64,000 nucleotides of DNA from Dehalococcoidia bacterium (GTDB lineage: Bacteria; Chloroflexota; Dehalococcoidia; GIF9; UBA5629). Location of the stretch: contig JBEKIW010000001.1 of the NCBI GenBank assembly GCA_050011565.1, positions 128,001 through 192,000 on the forward strand. Direction: 5' to 3'. A model generated the notes under the pieces. That model did not search any database. It was not told where the DNA came from and saw nothing but the letters and a program-made list of their open reading frames with translations. Shown here one piece after another: positions 9,592-19,027 of the stretch. The position numbers were made by a program, and so were the translations under genes. Numbering within the stretch: position 1 is the first letter of the stretch; every line of letters starts with the position of its first letter.

Positions 9592-10700
9592 TGACTATGC
9601 TGGAACAGTTTCGACTGTGGCTGGGTGGCACCTGGCCTGATTGGGCTGCTTATCTGGTGCCGGCCATAGTCGGTATAGTGGTTGTTCTGGCATTCGTCGT
9701 GGTTTTAGTTATTGTCTTTATCTGGTTCGAGCGGCGGTTGCTGGGCCGGTTTCAAATACGTTTAGGCCCGAATCGACTTGGCCCGGAGGGGATTTTCCAG
9801 CCGATTGCCACTGCTGTGAAAATATTACTAAAAGAGGATATCGTGCCGGCTAAAGCGGATAAAGTGATTCACTGGCTGGCACCGGTGATTGTCTTTGTGC
9901 CCGTCTTGATGATTTTTGCTGTAGTCCCGTTGGGCCAGCGTGCCATTTTAACCGACCTCAATGTAGGTATCGTTTATGTAGTGGCTGTCAGCGCTGTATC
10001 GGCAGTCGGCATATACGCGGCAGGTTGGGCATCCAATAACAAATACGCTTTGATAGCTGCCTTGAGGACGGTGGCCCAGATGGTGAGCTATGAGCTGCCG
10101 GTAGTGCTGGCGATTCTGGGTGTGGTACTAATGGCGGGGTCTCTATCGATGACTCGAATTGTGGAGTCGCAGAGTATTCCCTACCTGGTACTGCAGCCGC
10201 TCGGTTTTGTCATCTTTTTCCTGGGCGCTGTGGCCGAAATGAACCGCAGTCCGTTTGACCTTCTCGAGGCTGACTCTGAAATTGTTGCCGGCTACCATAT
10301 TGAATACTCCGGAATGAAGTTTGCCATGTTCTATCTGGGCGAGTACGGACATGCGCTGGCTTACTCCTGTATCATCACGACGCTATTCCTTGCCGGCTGG
10401 CAGGGCCCATTTTTGCCGCCGATTATATGGTTTTTAATTAAAGTCTTCGCAGTGTTTTCGGTTATTGTCTGGATGAGAGCCACTCTACCCAGGCTTCGTG
10501 TAGACCAGTTAATGACCTTCGCCTGGAAGGGCCTGCTGCCCATGGCTATAATAAACCTTTTCGTCATCGCTGCTGAAATGCTATGGCTGCCCGAAATTAA
10601 TCTATGGATATTAGTCGTAATCAATGTTGTCTCTGCCGGCGTTCTGGTCCTGTTATGGTCGAGACTGTTTAGCTTAGGAGGCGGTCGAGTTGAAGTTTGA
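9591..10700 (+). CDS. nuoH: NADH-quinone oxidoreductase subunit H (start moved to ATG 9591, overlapping the nuoD stop)
   Basis: ERR...Q.RLGPNR, SNNKY, AQMVSYE, PFDL.EA.SEIVAG, PRLRVDQ. Confidence 0.95.
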   Translation: MTMLEQFRLWLGGTWPDWAAYLVPAIVGIVVVLAFVVVLVIVFIWFERRLLGRFQIRLGPNRLGPEGIFQPIATAVKILLKEDIVPAKADKVIHWLAPVIVFVPVLMIFAVVPLGQRAILTDLNVGIVYVVAVSAVSAVGIYAAGWASNNKYALIAALRTVAQMVSYELPVVLAILGVVLMAGSLSMTRIVESQSIPYLVLQPLGFVIFFLGAVAEMNRSPFDLLEADSEIVAGYHIEYSGMKFAMFYLGEYGHALAYSCIITTLFLAGWQGPFLPPIIWFLIKVFAVFSVIVWMRATLPRLRVDQLMTFAWKGLLPMAIINLFVIAAEMLWLPEINLWILVVINVVSAGVLVLLWSRLFSLGGGRVEV

Positions 10701-11235
10701 GAGATACGGAATCGGCATAGCAAAGGGGATGGCTTTAACCTTCAAGCATCTGTTCCGTCCGCCTATTACGCTGCAGTATCCTGAAGAAAAGTTAGTTGTT
10801 TCCCGGCGCATAAGAGGCAATGAGCTGGTCTGGTATCTGGATAGATGCACCGGCTGCGCCACTTGCGCCAAGGCTTGCCCGCAGGGGAATATAGAAATTA
10901 TCACTCATGTCGGCAGCGAGAATAATTACGTGGTTGATAAATTTGAGGTAGATTGCGGGCGTTGTATGTTCTGCGGCTTGTGTGTTGAGGCTTGCCCTTA
11001 TGACGCTCTGGCTATGGGTCGCAGCTACGAACGGTCTCAGTACCGGCGTAGTGACGTTATACTGAGTAAAGAACAGCTTCAACTATCTGACATCAGACAG
11101 CCAAGCGGCTATGCTCGGCCGCTGATTGAAGCAAGCTTACCAAAACAGAGCTTGCTGGTTTATTGGAACAAGAAGGAAGGCGGACAAAAATTGAGCTGGC
11201 TGGGGCTTAGTAAAAAGAGAGGTCGCGGTGTCTAG
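10690..11235 (+). CDS. nuoI: NADH-quinone oxidoreductase subunit I
   Basis: TLQYPEE and two CxxCxxCxxxCP clusters. Confidence 0.95.
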   Translation: MKFERYGIGIAKGMALTFKHLFRPPITLQYPEEKLVVSRRIRGNELVWYLDRCTGCATCAKACPQGNIEIITHVGSENNYVVDKFEVDCGRCMFCGLCVEACPYDALAMGRSYERSQYRRSDVILSKEQLQLSDIRQPSGYARPLIEASLPKQSLLVYWNKKEGGQKLSWLGLSKKRGRGV

Positions 11236-11713
11236 TATTGTCTTCTGGTTATTAGCCGTGCTGACCGTAGGCGCAGCCTTAGCTGTCGTCGTACTTCGCG
11301 ATGTTTTTCGGGCAGCTCTGTCTCTGGTTCTGCTTTTCTTGACTATAGCCGTACTATATATAACCCTTTACGCCGACTTTCTGGCAGTTGTGCAGATACT
11401 TATTTATGTTGGAGCTATCTCAATATTGATTATCGTGGCAGTCATGCTTACGCGCGAAGTCTGGCACGGTAGTCCGCCGGGCAAGTTGCGTATTCCTGCA
11501 CTGGTGGTGAGCTTGCTGCTTTTAGGGACGATGGTCTTCACCGTGGTTAGCACTCAATGGGAAACGAGTGGTGAACCGCCTCAACAGCCGACAACCGCAG
11601 CCATAGGTACCAATCTATTCAGCCAGGGCGGCTTTATACTGCCGGTGGAAATTAGCGCTGTGTTGCTTTTAGCGGCCATACTCGGCGCTATCGTGCTGAT
11701 GAGGGAGAAATAG
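11228..11713 (+). CDS. nuoJ: NADH-quinone oxidoreductase subunit J
   Basis: ADFLAVVQILIYVGAI motif; position in operon. Confidence 0.94.
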   Translation: MSSIVFWLLAVLTVGAALAVVVLRDVFRAALSLVLLFLTIAVLYITLYADFLAVVQILIYVGAISILIIVAVMLTREVWHGSPPGKLRIPALVVSLLLLGTMVFTVVSTQWETSGEPPQQPTTAAIGTNLFSQGGFILPVEISAVLLLAAILGAIVLMREK

Positions 11714-11714
11714 A

Positions 11715-12026
11715 ATGGCGGTTGGACTGAATCATTACCTCGTTTTATCGGCGGTACTTTTCTGCATCGGGTTTTATGGGGTTCTGGCCAAACGAAATGC
11801 GGTAGTCATTTTGATGTGCATTGAGATTATGCTCAATGCGGTGAATATCGCACTGGTTGCCTTCTCCCGCTACGTTGTGCCGATGTTACTTACCGGGCAG
11901 ATATTTGCCATATTCGTCATAGTTGTAGCTGCGGCGGAGGCTGCTGTGGGCATAGCTATAATAATCACTATTTATCGCCGACGTGAATCTGTTGATGTCG
12001 ATAAATTCGATTTAATGAAGTGGTAG
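11715..12026 (+). CDS. nuoK: NADH-quinone oxidoreductase subunit K
   Basis: LMCIEIMLNA, AAAEAAVG motifs. Confidence 0.95.
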   Translation: MAVGLNHYLVLSAVLFCIGFYGVLAKRNAVVILMCIEIMLNAVNIALVAFSRYVVPMLLTGQIFAIFVIVVAAAEAAVGIAIIITIYRRRESVDVDKFDLMKW

Positions 12027-12037
12027 CGAGCAGATAA

Positions 12038-12235
12038 ATGTGGGTTCAAGTTAAAAGCGCACCCAATTTGATAATGGCCGAGATGTGGAAGGAATACTTT
12101 GAAGGCGAGGGTATTCCGACGCGTATCCTGCCTGACCCGGACAAGAAGCCGGACAGCGGCGAATTGGCCAGCTACCGCATCTATGTATCTAAGGAGAAAG
12201 TACATGTTGTCGAGGAGGTCTTGAGGAAACTGTGA
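12038..12235 (+). CDS. Small DUF2007-like (PII/GlnB-like fold) protein inside the nuo operon
   Basis: W......N...AEM....FEGEGI and IYV pattern; stop overlaps the nuoL start (GTGA). Confidence 0.7.
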   Translation: MWVQVKSAPNLIMAEMWKEYFEGEGIPTRILPDPDKKPDSGELASYRIYVSKEKVHVVEEVLRKL

Positions 12236-14151
12236 TGCCGCATCAGGTTCCCTGGCTTATATTTCTGTTACCCTTTTTCTCGCTTATCATCATTTCCTTT
12301 ATTCTCCGGCCTTTCTTTAATAACCGTCCCAAGTTAGGCGGCTATGTAACCATCGGTGCTATTGGCATTTCTTTCCTGCTCTCTTTGTGGGTGCTGGTGG
12401 AAGTCCTGGCTGCACCCGGTCATCAGCTGCAAATACCTGACATACAGTGGGTTGTGATTGGCAACCTTAGCGTCCATGTCGGGCTTTTAGTTGATTCTCT
12501 TACAGCAGTAATGGTGGTGGTGGTCAGCTTTGTCAGCTTGATGGTCCAGATCTATTCTCAGGGATATATGCGTGATGACCCCGGCTATCATCGCTATTTC
12601 GCCTTCATGTCTCTTTTTACTGCCTGCATGTTGGGCCTGGTTATGGCCAATAATCTGGTTTTTCTGTTTCTCTTCTGGGAGGGCGTCGGCTTGGGCTCTT
12701 ATCTGCTCATCGGCTTCTGGTTTCATCGGCCATCTGCTGCCAATGCCGCTAAGAAAGCATTCATTGTCACACGTTTCGGTGATTTCGGTTTTCTGGCCGC
12801 TATCCTGTTACTTTTCTACAATACGGGGACCTTTGACATCGGGCAGTTGCACAGCTTAGCCATTACAGGAGTCCTGGCCGGGTCAACTTTGACCTGGGCG
12901 GCTATCGGCATTTTCTCCGGTGCCGTGGGTAAATCAGCGCAATTTCCCTTGCACGTCTGGCTGCCTGATGCTATGGAAGGCCCGACGCCGGTGAGTGCCT
13001 TGATTCATGCGGCGACAATGGTGGCAGCGGGGGTCTTCCTGGTGGCTAGATTCTTTCCATTGTTTGAGCATTCTCAGGCGGCTCTAACTACCGTAGCCGT
13101 TATCGGTGGTTTTACGGCTATTTTCGCTGCCACCATGGGCCTGGTGATGACTGATATTAAGCGTGTACTGGCCTATTCCACAATCAGCCAGCTCGGCTAT
13201 ATGATGCTGGGTCTTGGCGTCGGCGGTGTCGCCGTCGGCATCTTTCATCTGTTCAACCATGCTTTCTTTAAGGCGCTGCTGTTTCTTGGGGCTGGCAGTG
13301 TAAATCATAGCACCGGGACTTTCGACATGCGGGAGATGGGCGGCTTACGCAAAGCGATGCCGTGGACTTTTATTACCTTTCTCATCGCTTCAATCAGCAT
13401 AGCCGGTATCTGGCCGCTGGCCGGGTTCTGGAGCAAGGACGAAATACTGGCCTACTCCCTGGCCAACAATCCGATATTGTTCTACCTGGCCATGATAACC
13501 GTTTTTATAACAGCCTTTTATATGTTCCGTGCCGTGTTTCTAACCTTCGGCGGTGAGTACCGGGGTGGAGCCGTATCGAGCCACGGCGGGCATAGCGGTA
13601 AAAAACTTCACGAATCGCCGATGGTGATGGTGGTTCCGATGGCCATTCTGGCGGTCCTGTCTATTGTGTCAGGCTGGCTTAACGTTACCGGCTCATTCGG
13701 ACAATTTTTAGGTCATGGTATTAGTGGTGAAGCGCCTGGCTTTTTCCAGGGTTTCTTTGGTGTCCTCGCCCATCCGCTGCCTTTAATATCGCTGATATTA
13801 GCCGGTTTGGGCATTTTCCTGGCCTACGCCATGTACAGCGCCAAATGGCTATCGGCTGAAGCTGTAGGCAGGGTTTTCAAACCTGTCTATAACCTGTTTT
13901 ATCATAAATACTGGTTCGATGAGCTTTATGAGAAGGTCATTGTGGTCAAGGTTCTGGTTGATGGAATTTTTTGGGCGCTCAGTGTCTTTGACTCCCGTGT
14001 AGTTGATGGCGCAGTCAATGGTGTAGCCACCGGCACTGCCGAGGCTGGCGGAGCTATACGCAGGACGCAGACAGGGCAATTGCAGGCTTACGGCATAGCT
14101 ATTGCAGTAGGCATAATAGCCATCGCCGTCTGTTTTTATGTATTTGGCTGA
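12232..14151 (+). CDS. nuoL: NADH-quinone oxidoreductase subunit L
   Basis: GKSAQFPLHVWLPDAMEGPTPVSALIHAATMV, HAFFKALLFL. Confidence 0.97.
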   Translation: MMPHQVPWLIFLLPFFSLIIISFILRPFFNNRPKLGGYVTIGAIGISFLLSLWVLVEVLAAPGHQLQIPDIQWVVIGNLSVHVGLLVDSLTAVMVVVVSFVSLMVQIYSQGYMRDDPGYHRYFAFMSLFTACMLGLVMANNLVFLFLFWEGVGLGSYLLIGFWFHRPSAANAAKKAFIVTRFGDFGFLAAILLLFYNTGTFDIGQLHSLAITGVLAGSTLTWAAIGIFSGAVGKSAQFPLHVWLPDAMEGPTPVSALIHAATMVAAGVFLVARFFPLFEHSQAALTTVAVIGGFTAIFAATMGLVMTDIKRVLAYSTISQLGYMMLGLGVGGVAVGIFHLFNHAFFKALLFLGAGSVNHSTGTFDMREMGGLRKAMPWTFITFLIASISIAGIWPLAGFWSKDEILAYSLANNPILFYLAMITVFITAFYMFRAVFLTFGGEYRGGAVSSHGGHSGKKLHESPMVMVVPMAILAVLSIVSGWLNVTGSFGQFLGHGISGEAPGFFQGFFGVLAHPLPLISLILAGLGIFLAYAMYSAKWLSAEAVGRVFKPVYNLFYHKYWFDELYEKVIVVKVLVDGIFWALSVFDSRVVDGAVNGVATGTAEAGGAIRRTQTGQLQAYGIAIAVGIIAIAVCFYVFG

Positions 14152-14162
14152 GGTAATGTGAT

Positions 14163-15650
14163 TTGAGTTTTCCCTATCTATCAACCATATTATTCCTGCC
14201 GGTGGTCGGGCTGGTAATTATTGCTTTGTGGCCTAAGCCGCAACAAAAGACCGTAAGGCTTACAGCCTTGATATTCACCCTGGCTTCATTTGCTCTGTCA
14301 ATCGCTGTCTTTTGCATTTTCAACCGTTCCAGCGCAGCTATAGGACAAATTCAATTCGAGGAAAAGCTTTCCTGGATTCCAGCCATCAATGCTTTCTACC
14401 ATGTCGGTGTTGATGGCCTCAGCTTGCCTCTGGTTATTCTAATGACTTTTCTTGGTGTGCTGGCGGTGCTGGTGTCGTGGAATGTCCAGCTAAGGCCAAA
14501 GGAATATTTCACCTGGTTATTGCTTCTGGAGACGAGCATACTGGGAGTCTTTTCTTCCCTAGACCTCGTCCTATTCTTCCTTTTCTGGGAATTGGAGCTA
14601 ATCCCAATGTATTTCCTCATCTCCGTCTGGGGGAGCGGCAGAAAAGAATACTCAGCTATTAAGTATGTGATATATACCTTGGTCGGCAGCGCACTTATGC
14701 TGGCCGGCATTTTAAGCATCTATTTCACGACCGGCAGCCTGAACATGATGGAACTGGCCGGCATGTCTTCTGCGAAAGCAGTAATTCCGCTGGCGGCTAT
14801 GTTCTTCTTGCTTTTAACCGGTTTCGCTATCAAGCTGCCCGTGTTTCCTCTGCACACCTGGTTACCCGACGCCCACACCGATGCGCCGACAGCAGCCAGC
14901 TTGATTCTGGCCGGGGCATTGCTTAAGATGGGCGGTTACGGGATGATTCGCCTTTGCGTCTCCATTTTCCCCCAGGTTGCTTTGCAGTATGCTCCGTTAC
15001 TGGTGGTCCTGGCGGTTGTCAGTGTGCTTTATGGAGCCGCGGTGACCTTAAGGCAGAAGGATTTGAAGCGGCTGATTGCGTACAGCAGCGTCAGCCATAT
15101 GGGCTATGTTCTTCTGGGCGTTTTCGCTTTGAGCCAGATAAGCCTGACCGGCGCTGTTTTGCAGATGTTCAGTCACGGCATTATAACGGGACTTCTGTTT
15201 GCCATGGTCGGGCTGGTTTACGATAAATCTCATGAGCGCAATCTGGATAATCTAGGCGGGCTAGCTCGACAGATGCCGGTTATAGTGGTGGTCTTCAGCA
15301 TAGCCGGGCTGGCATCTTTGGGGTTGCCGGGTACAAGCGGTTTTGCGGCTGAGTTTATCACCTTTGTTGGCAGCTACTCGAGTCCGGCCGTTCCCTGGAT
15401 TCAGTTATATACCATTCTTGGTGTCTTCGGCATTGTCTTAACTGCCGGCTATATTTTATGGATGCTGCAGCGCGTTTTTTATGGCCCGCCGTTGGAGAAA
15501 TTCAGCAAAGTACCTGATGCCAACAATGTCGACAAGATTTGTATCTTCTCTTTCGTGGCTGCCATTATGTTGGTAGGCATCTATCCGGCTATCCTGACCA
15601 ATGTCATCCAGATGGGCGTTGAGCCGATAGCCAGATTGTTAGGTTCATGA
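14163..15650 (+). CDS. nuoM: NADH-quinone oxidoreductase subunit M
   Basis: GVDGLS, KLPVFPLHTWLPDAH, IAYSSVSHMG. Confidence 0.97.
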   Translation: MSFPYLSTILFLPVVGLVIIALWPKPQQKTVRLTALIFTLASFALSIAVFCIFNRSSAAIGQIQFEEKLSWIPAINAFYHVGVDGLSLPLVILMTFLGVLAVLVSWNVQLRPKEYFTWLLLLETSILGVFSSLDLVLFFLFWELELIPMYFLISVWGSGRKEYSAIKYVIYTLVGSALMLAGILSIYFTTGSLNMMELAGMSSAKAVIPLAAMFFLLLTGFAIKLPVFPLHTWLPDAHTDAPTAASLILAGALLKMGGYGMIRLCVSIFPQVALQYAPLLVVLAVVSVLYGAAVTLRQKDLKRLIAYSSVSHMGYVLLGVFALSQISLTGAVLQMFSHGIITGLLFAMVGLVYDKSHERNLDNLGGLARQMPVIVVVFSIAGLASLGLPGTSGFAAEFITFVGSYSSPAVPWIQLYTILGVFGIVLTAGYILWMLQRVFYGPPLEKFSKVPDANNVDKICIFSFVAAIMLVGIYPAILTNVIQMGVEPIARLLGS

Positions 15651-15667
15651 TACGGATGGTTTAATCT

Positions 15668-17140
15668 ATGACGGTAAACGAGTTTCGTTTTCTGACCCCG
15701 GAACTCAGCCTGCTGGGTTTTGCTATAGCGGTGATATTGCTTGACCTGTTTATCAAGCAAAAGAGAGTTTTGGCCGGCATTAGCGTAGCCGGAGTTGTGG
15801 TTTCCGCAGGCTTTACGGTAGCTATGTGGGGCGAACCGGGTGTAGCTATTTTCGGCCGGATGCTGGCGGTTGACAACTTCGCCCTTTTCTTCAAGCTCCT
15901 GATGCTGGCGGCTGCCGGACTCATTATACTGGCATCTCAAGACTACGTGAGGAAATTTGAGAGATTCCAGGGTGAATATTATGCGCTGGTACTTCTCTCG
16001 GCCGTAGGCATGATATTACTGGTGGCGGCGTCAGACCTGATTTCTATCTATGTATCCTTGGAATTAACCGGCATCTCCTTATACGTACTGGCCAGCTTCT
16101 TAAAAGACCGGAAGTCGTCCGAGGCCGGACTGAAGTACCTGCTTCTGGGTGCCGTGGCTTCGGCGGTGCTTCTGTACGGTATGGCCCTGTTATTCGGCTT
16201 TACGGGAAGGACTTGCCTGATGTGCATTGCCGAGTATGTTCAGGGTATGCCCGGCGCCGGCCTGCTGAATAATCCGGCTCTGCTTTTGGCCATGGTGCTT
16301 TTAGCTGCCGGTTTCGGCTTTAAGATTGCCTGTTTTCCCTTCCAGATGTGGGTTCCCGACGTTTATGAAGGCGCACCGACGCCGGTTACTGCCTATCTTT
16401 CGGTAGCCAGCAAGGCGGCGGGCTTCGCCGTTATACTTCGTGTTTTCTTCGTTGCCCTCGGCTCCCCTGAATGGCTTAGCCTTAATTGGGGCATGATGTT
16501 TGCCGTTTTGAGCGCTATCACCATGACGGTGGGCAATGTGGCAGCTATTCTTCAAACCAATATCAAGCGCATGCTCGGTTACTCCAGCATAGCTCAAGCC
16601 GGCTACCTCATGGTGGGGCTGGCCACAGTGGGGATGGCGCTGGGAAATGACGCTCTGGGGCAAAGCGGCCTTATTTTCTTCCTCATGAGCTACGCCGTCA
16701 CCAATTTGGGAGCCTTTATCGCCGTAATTGCCATCTCTAACAAAATTGATAGCGATGAGATTAACAAATATACCGGTATGGGCAAACGCGCACCGCTTCT
16801 GTCAGCCGCCTTAACTTTAAGTTTGATTTCCTTGATTGGCTTGCCGCCGACAGCGGGGCTTATTGCCAAGATTTACATTTTCAGTGGAGCAGTGCAACAT
16901 GGCTTGCTGTGGCTGGTTATCGTGGCGGTGATAAATAGTGCCATTTCTGCTTTCTACTACTTGAGGGTTGTGAAAGTGATGTGGTCAGGTACTCCGGCTT
17001 CTGAGGAGAAGGTGCCTTCGTCCTGGGCACTGCGCACTGCTTTAGCCCTGTGCTGTCTCTTCGTCGTGCTGTTAGGCGTCATCCCTGGTGGTTTTGTAGG
17101 CATTGCTCAAGCTGCTGCCAAAATCTTCGCTGGCTTATAG
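15668..17140 (+). CDS. nuoN: NADH-quinone oxidoreductase subunit N
   Basis: EAGLKY, PFQMWVPDVYEGAP, KRMLGYSSI, YYLRVV. Confidence 0.96.
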   Translation: MTVNEFRFLTPELSLLGFAIAVILLDLFIKQKRVLAGISVAGVVVSAGFTVAMWGEPGVAIFGRMLAVDNFALFFKLLMLAAAGLIILASQDYVRKFERFQGEYYALVLLSAVGMILLVAASDLISIYVSLELTGISLYVLASFLKDRKSSEAGLKYLLLGAVASAVLLYGMALLFGFTGRTCLMCIAEYVQGMPGAGLLNNPALLLAMVLLAAGFGFKIACFPFQMWVPDVYEGAPTPVTAYLSVASKAAGFAVILRVFFVALGSPEWLSLNWGMMFAVLSAITMTVGNVAAILQTNIKRMLGYSSIAQAGYLMVGLATVGMALGNDALGQSGLIFFLMSYAVTNLGAFIAVIAISNKIDSDEINKYTGMGKRAPLLSAALTLSLISLIGLPPTAGLIAKIYIFSGAVQHGLLWLVIVAVINSAISAFYYLRVVKVMWSGTPASEEKVPSSWALRTALALCCLFVVLLGVIPGGFVGIAQAAAKIFAGL

Positions 17141-17198
17141 GCCGCTCGTATTCAATCTATTATGCCTCGTGCCCCAATTTGACACTCTCTCGCTACGG

Positions 17199-18041
17199 AT
17201 GATAGACTCATTTGCTGTGAAACGGGTCGGCATTCTATATCATCCCAAAATTGAGAAAGCTAAGGCTTTCAGCGGTGAGCTTGAGAAGTTCTTAAGCGCT
17301 AGAAATATCTCGTTCTGGACATGCTCGGCATGGGAAGAGGACAAGGCAAAACCGAGGATAGCCGGGTCGGACTTAATTTTAAGTATTGGCGGCGACGGCA
17401 CCATTCTCAGGGCGGTACGTGCCATTGTGCCCGGTGAAGTACCGGTGGTGGGCATAAATCTGGGTAATCTGGGGTTTATGACTGAGCTTAAGGCTGATGA
17501 GGCTTTCGATAAGCTGCCCCGTCTGCTGGGTGGTGAAGGTTGGATTGAAAAAAGGGCCATGCTTGAAGCCGAATTGCCGTCTCAGGGTAAGGTTTTTCAG
17601 GCCTTGAATGACGTTTTTGTCGGCCGGAGGAGCCTGTCCCGGCTGGTCCAGATTGAGACCAGGGTTGACGGTGAAATTCTGGCCAATCACCGGGCGGATG
17701 GCGTTATAGTGGCCACGGCTACCGGTAGCACCGGCTATTTACTGGCGGCCGACGGGCCCATTCTTTATCCGGAGGCTAAGCAAATCGTGTTTAAGCCGGT
17801 TTGTCCTCACCTGGCGCCCGATAATGCAGTGGTTTTGCCGCCCGAGGCTCAAATTCAGTTGAAGGTAACTACAACCCATGAAGCTATGCTCAGCATTGAC
17901 GCCCAGGTGGAATTGCCGCTAGCCAGTGGAGACGAGGTTAGAGTTAAGCTTAGCCGTTATGTGGGGTGCTTCCTGAGGATTCGTCCCAGGGCTTATTTTT
18001 ACAGTTATCTGGAATCTAGACTTAAAGGAAAGAAATCATGA
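17199..18041 (+). CDS. nadK: NAD(+) kinase (start likely ATG 17199 or GTG 17217)
   Basis: GGDGT, GINLGNLGF, LND, ADG...AT.TGSTGY motifs. Confidence 0.93.
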   Translation: MIDSFAVKRVGILYHPKIEKAKAFSGELEKFLSARNISFWTCSAWEEDKAKPRIAGSDLILSIGGDGTILRAVRAIVPGEVPVVGINLGNLGFMTELKADEAFDKLPRLLGGEGWIEKRAMLEAELPSQGKVFQALNDVFVGRRSLSRLVQIETRVDGEILANHRADGVIVATATGSTGYLLAADGPILYPEAKQIVFKPVCPHLAPDNAVVLPPEAQIQLKVTTTHEAMLSIDAQVELPLASGDEVRVKLSRYVGCFLRIRPRAYFYSYLESRLKGKKS

Positions 18042-18508
18042 AGGTAGAGAAAGCTAAAATAAATGACGCTCAGCGGATACATGAGTTGGTCAACAGTTTC
18101 GCCGACAAAGGCGAGATGCTGCCGCGGGCACTAAGCGAGATATACGAGAACCTGCGCGACTTCTTCGTCGTCAGAGATAAAAATAGTCAGCTAATCGGCT
18201 GTGTGGCGCTTCATATTAACTGGGCTGATTTAGCTGAAGTTAAGTCTTTAGCCGTAAGTGAAGATAAGCAGGCTAAGGGCTTGGGCTCAGTGCTTATTAA
18301 AGCTTGTCTTGATGAAGCCAAAGAGTTGGGGATTCCTACGGTATTTTGTCTCAGCTACAAGCCAGGTTTCTTCGAGAAATACAATTTCCGCAGGGTTGAT
18401 AAAATGGAACTGCCGCGCAAGGTATGGTCGGAATGCTACCGCTGTCCCAAGTTTCCGGATTGCGATGAGGTGGCCCTTATCTATAATTTTAAATCAGGTG
18501 TTATTTGA
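18038..18508 (+). CDS. GNAT N-acetyltransferase, short ArgA-like N-acetylglutamate synthase family
   Basis: MLPR..SEIYENLRDF, AEVKSLAV, LPRKVWSEC..CPK...CDE signature. Confidence 0.85.
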   Translation: MKVEKAKINDAQRIHELVNSFADKGEMLPRALSEIYENLRDFFVVRDKNSQLIGCVALHINWADLAEVKSLAVSEDKQAKGLGSVLIKACLDEAKELGIPTVFCLSYKPGFFEKYNFRRVDKMELPRKVWSECYRCPKFPDCDEVALIYNFKSGVI

Positions 18509-18594
18509 TGTAGAATTACTTTGAAGGTGGCTACACAAAGCTAAAGAGCAAAGAAGAAGGCGAATATGCCGTTGATTGTAAGGAGAAGACGAAA

Positions 18595-18984
18595 GTGAAT
18601 AAGACGAACGTCCCACTAGTAGCGCTAATAATTAGCCTGATTATGCTAGCTCAGCTTATTGGAGGAATCGGTTGTCTGGTCAGGAAATCTGAATCTGTGC
18701 CTCTTATTGACACAGCGCGCGAGGCTGTAAATGCCCGGATAAAATGGCTGGACGAGCAGAAATTTGAAGGACCTGATCCACTAGCTCCCCTCGAGGTCAA
18801 CGTAGACAACGTGGAGTCCGAGAAAAGCAGGATAGGCAGAGATGGTGATGTACATGCAGGTTTACCTGCAGGTATAGATATAGGTGGAGGTGGAGGTATA
18901 GGTATAGGTGCAGGTATAGATGGAGGTGGAGGTATAGGTGGTATAGGTGGAGGTGGAGGCGGAGGCTGAGGTTGTGGAGGTTAA
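18595..18984 (+). CDS. Putative membrane-anchored (lipo)protein with Gly/Ile-rich tail; candidate selenoprotein (UGA 18967-18969 read as Sec; ends at 18969 if not recoded)
   Basis: AGGAG RBS, GTG start, hydrophobic signal ending IGC, Gly-rich C-terminus; in-frame TGA GGT TGT GGA GGT TAA followed by a hairpin. Confidence 0.6.
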
Positions 18985-19013
18985 CTGACCGTGCAGTCAG
19001 TACACTATCCTCA
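18967..19013 (+). promoter_or_regulatory. Candidate bacterial SECIS element
   Basis: ACTGAC-CGTGCA-GTCAGT hairpin (18984-19001), loop 20 nt after the UGA with GU at loop positions 2-3; lower pairing TGAGG (18967-71)/CCTCA (19009-13). Confidence 0.5.
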
Positions 19014-19027
19014 AATGGAGGTCGAAA

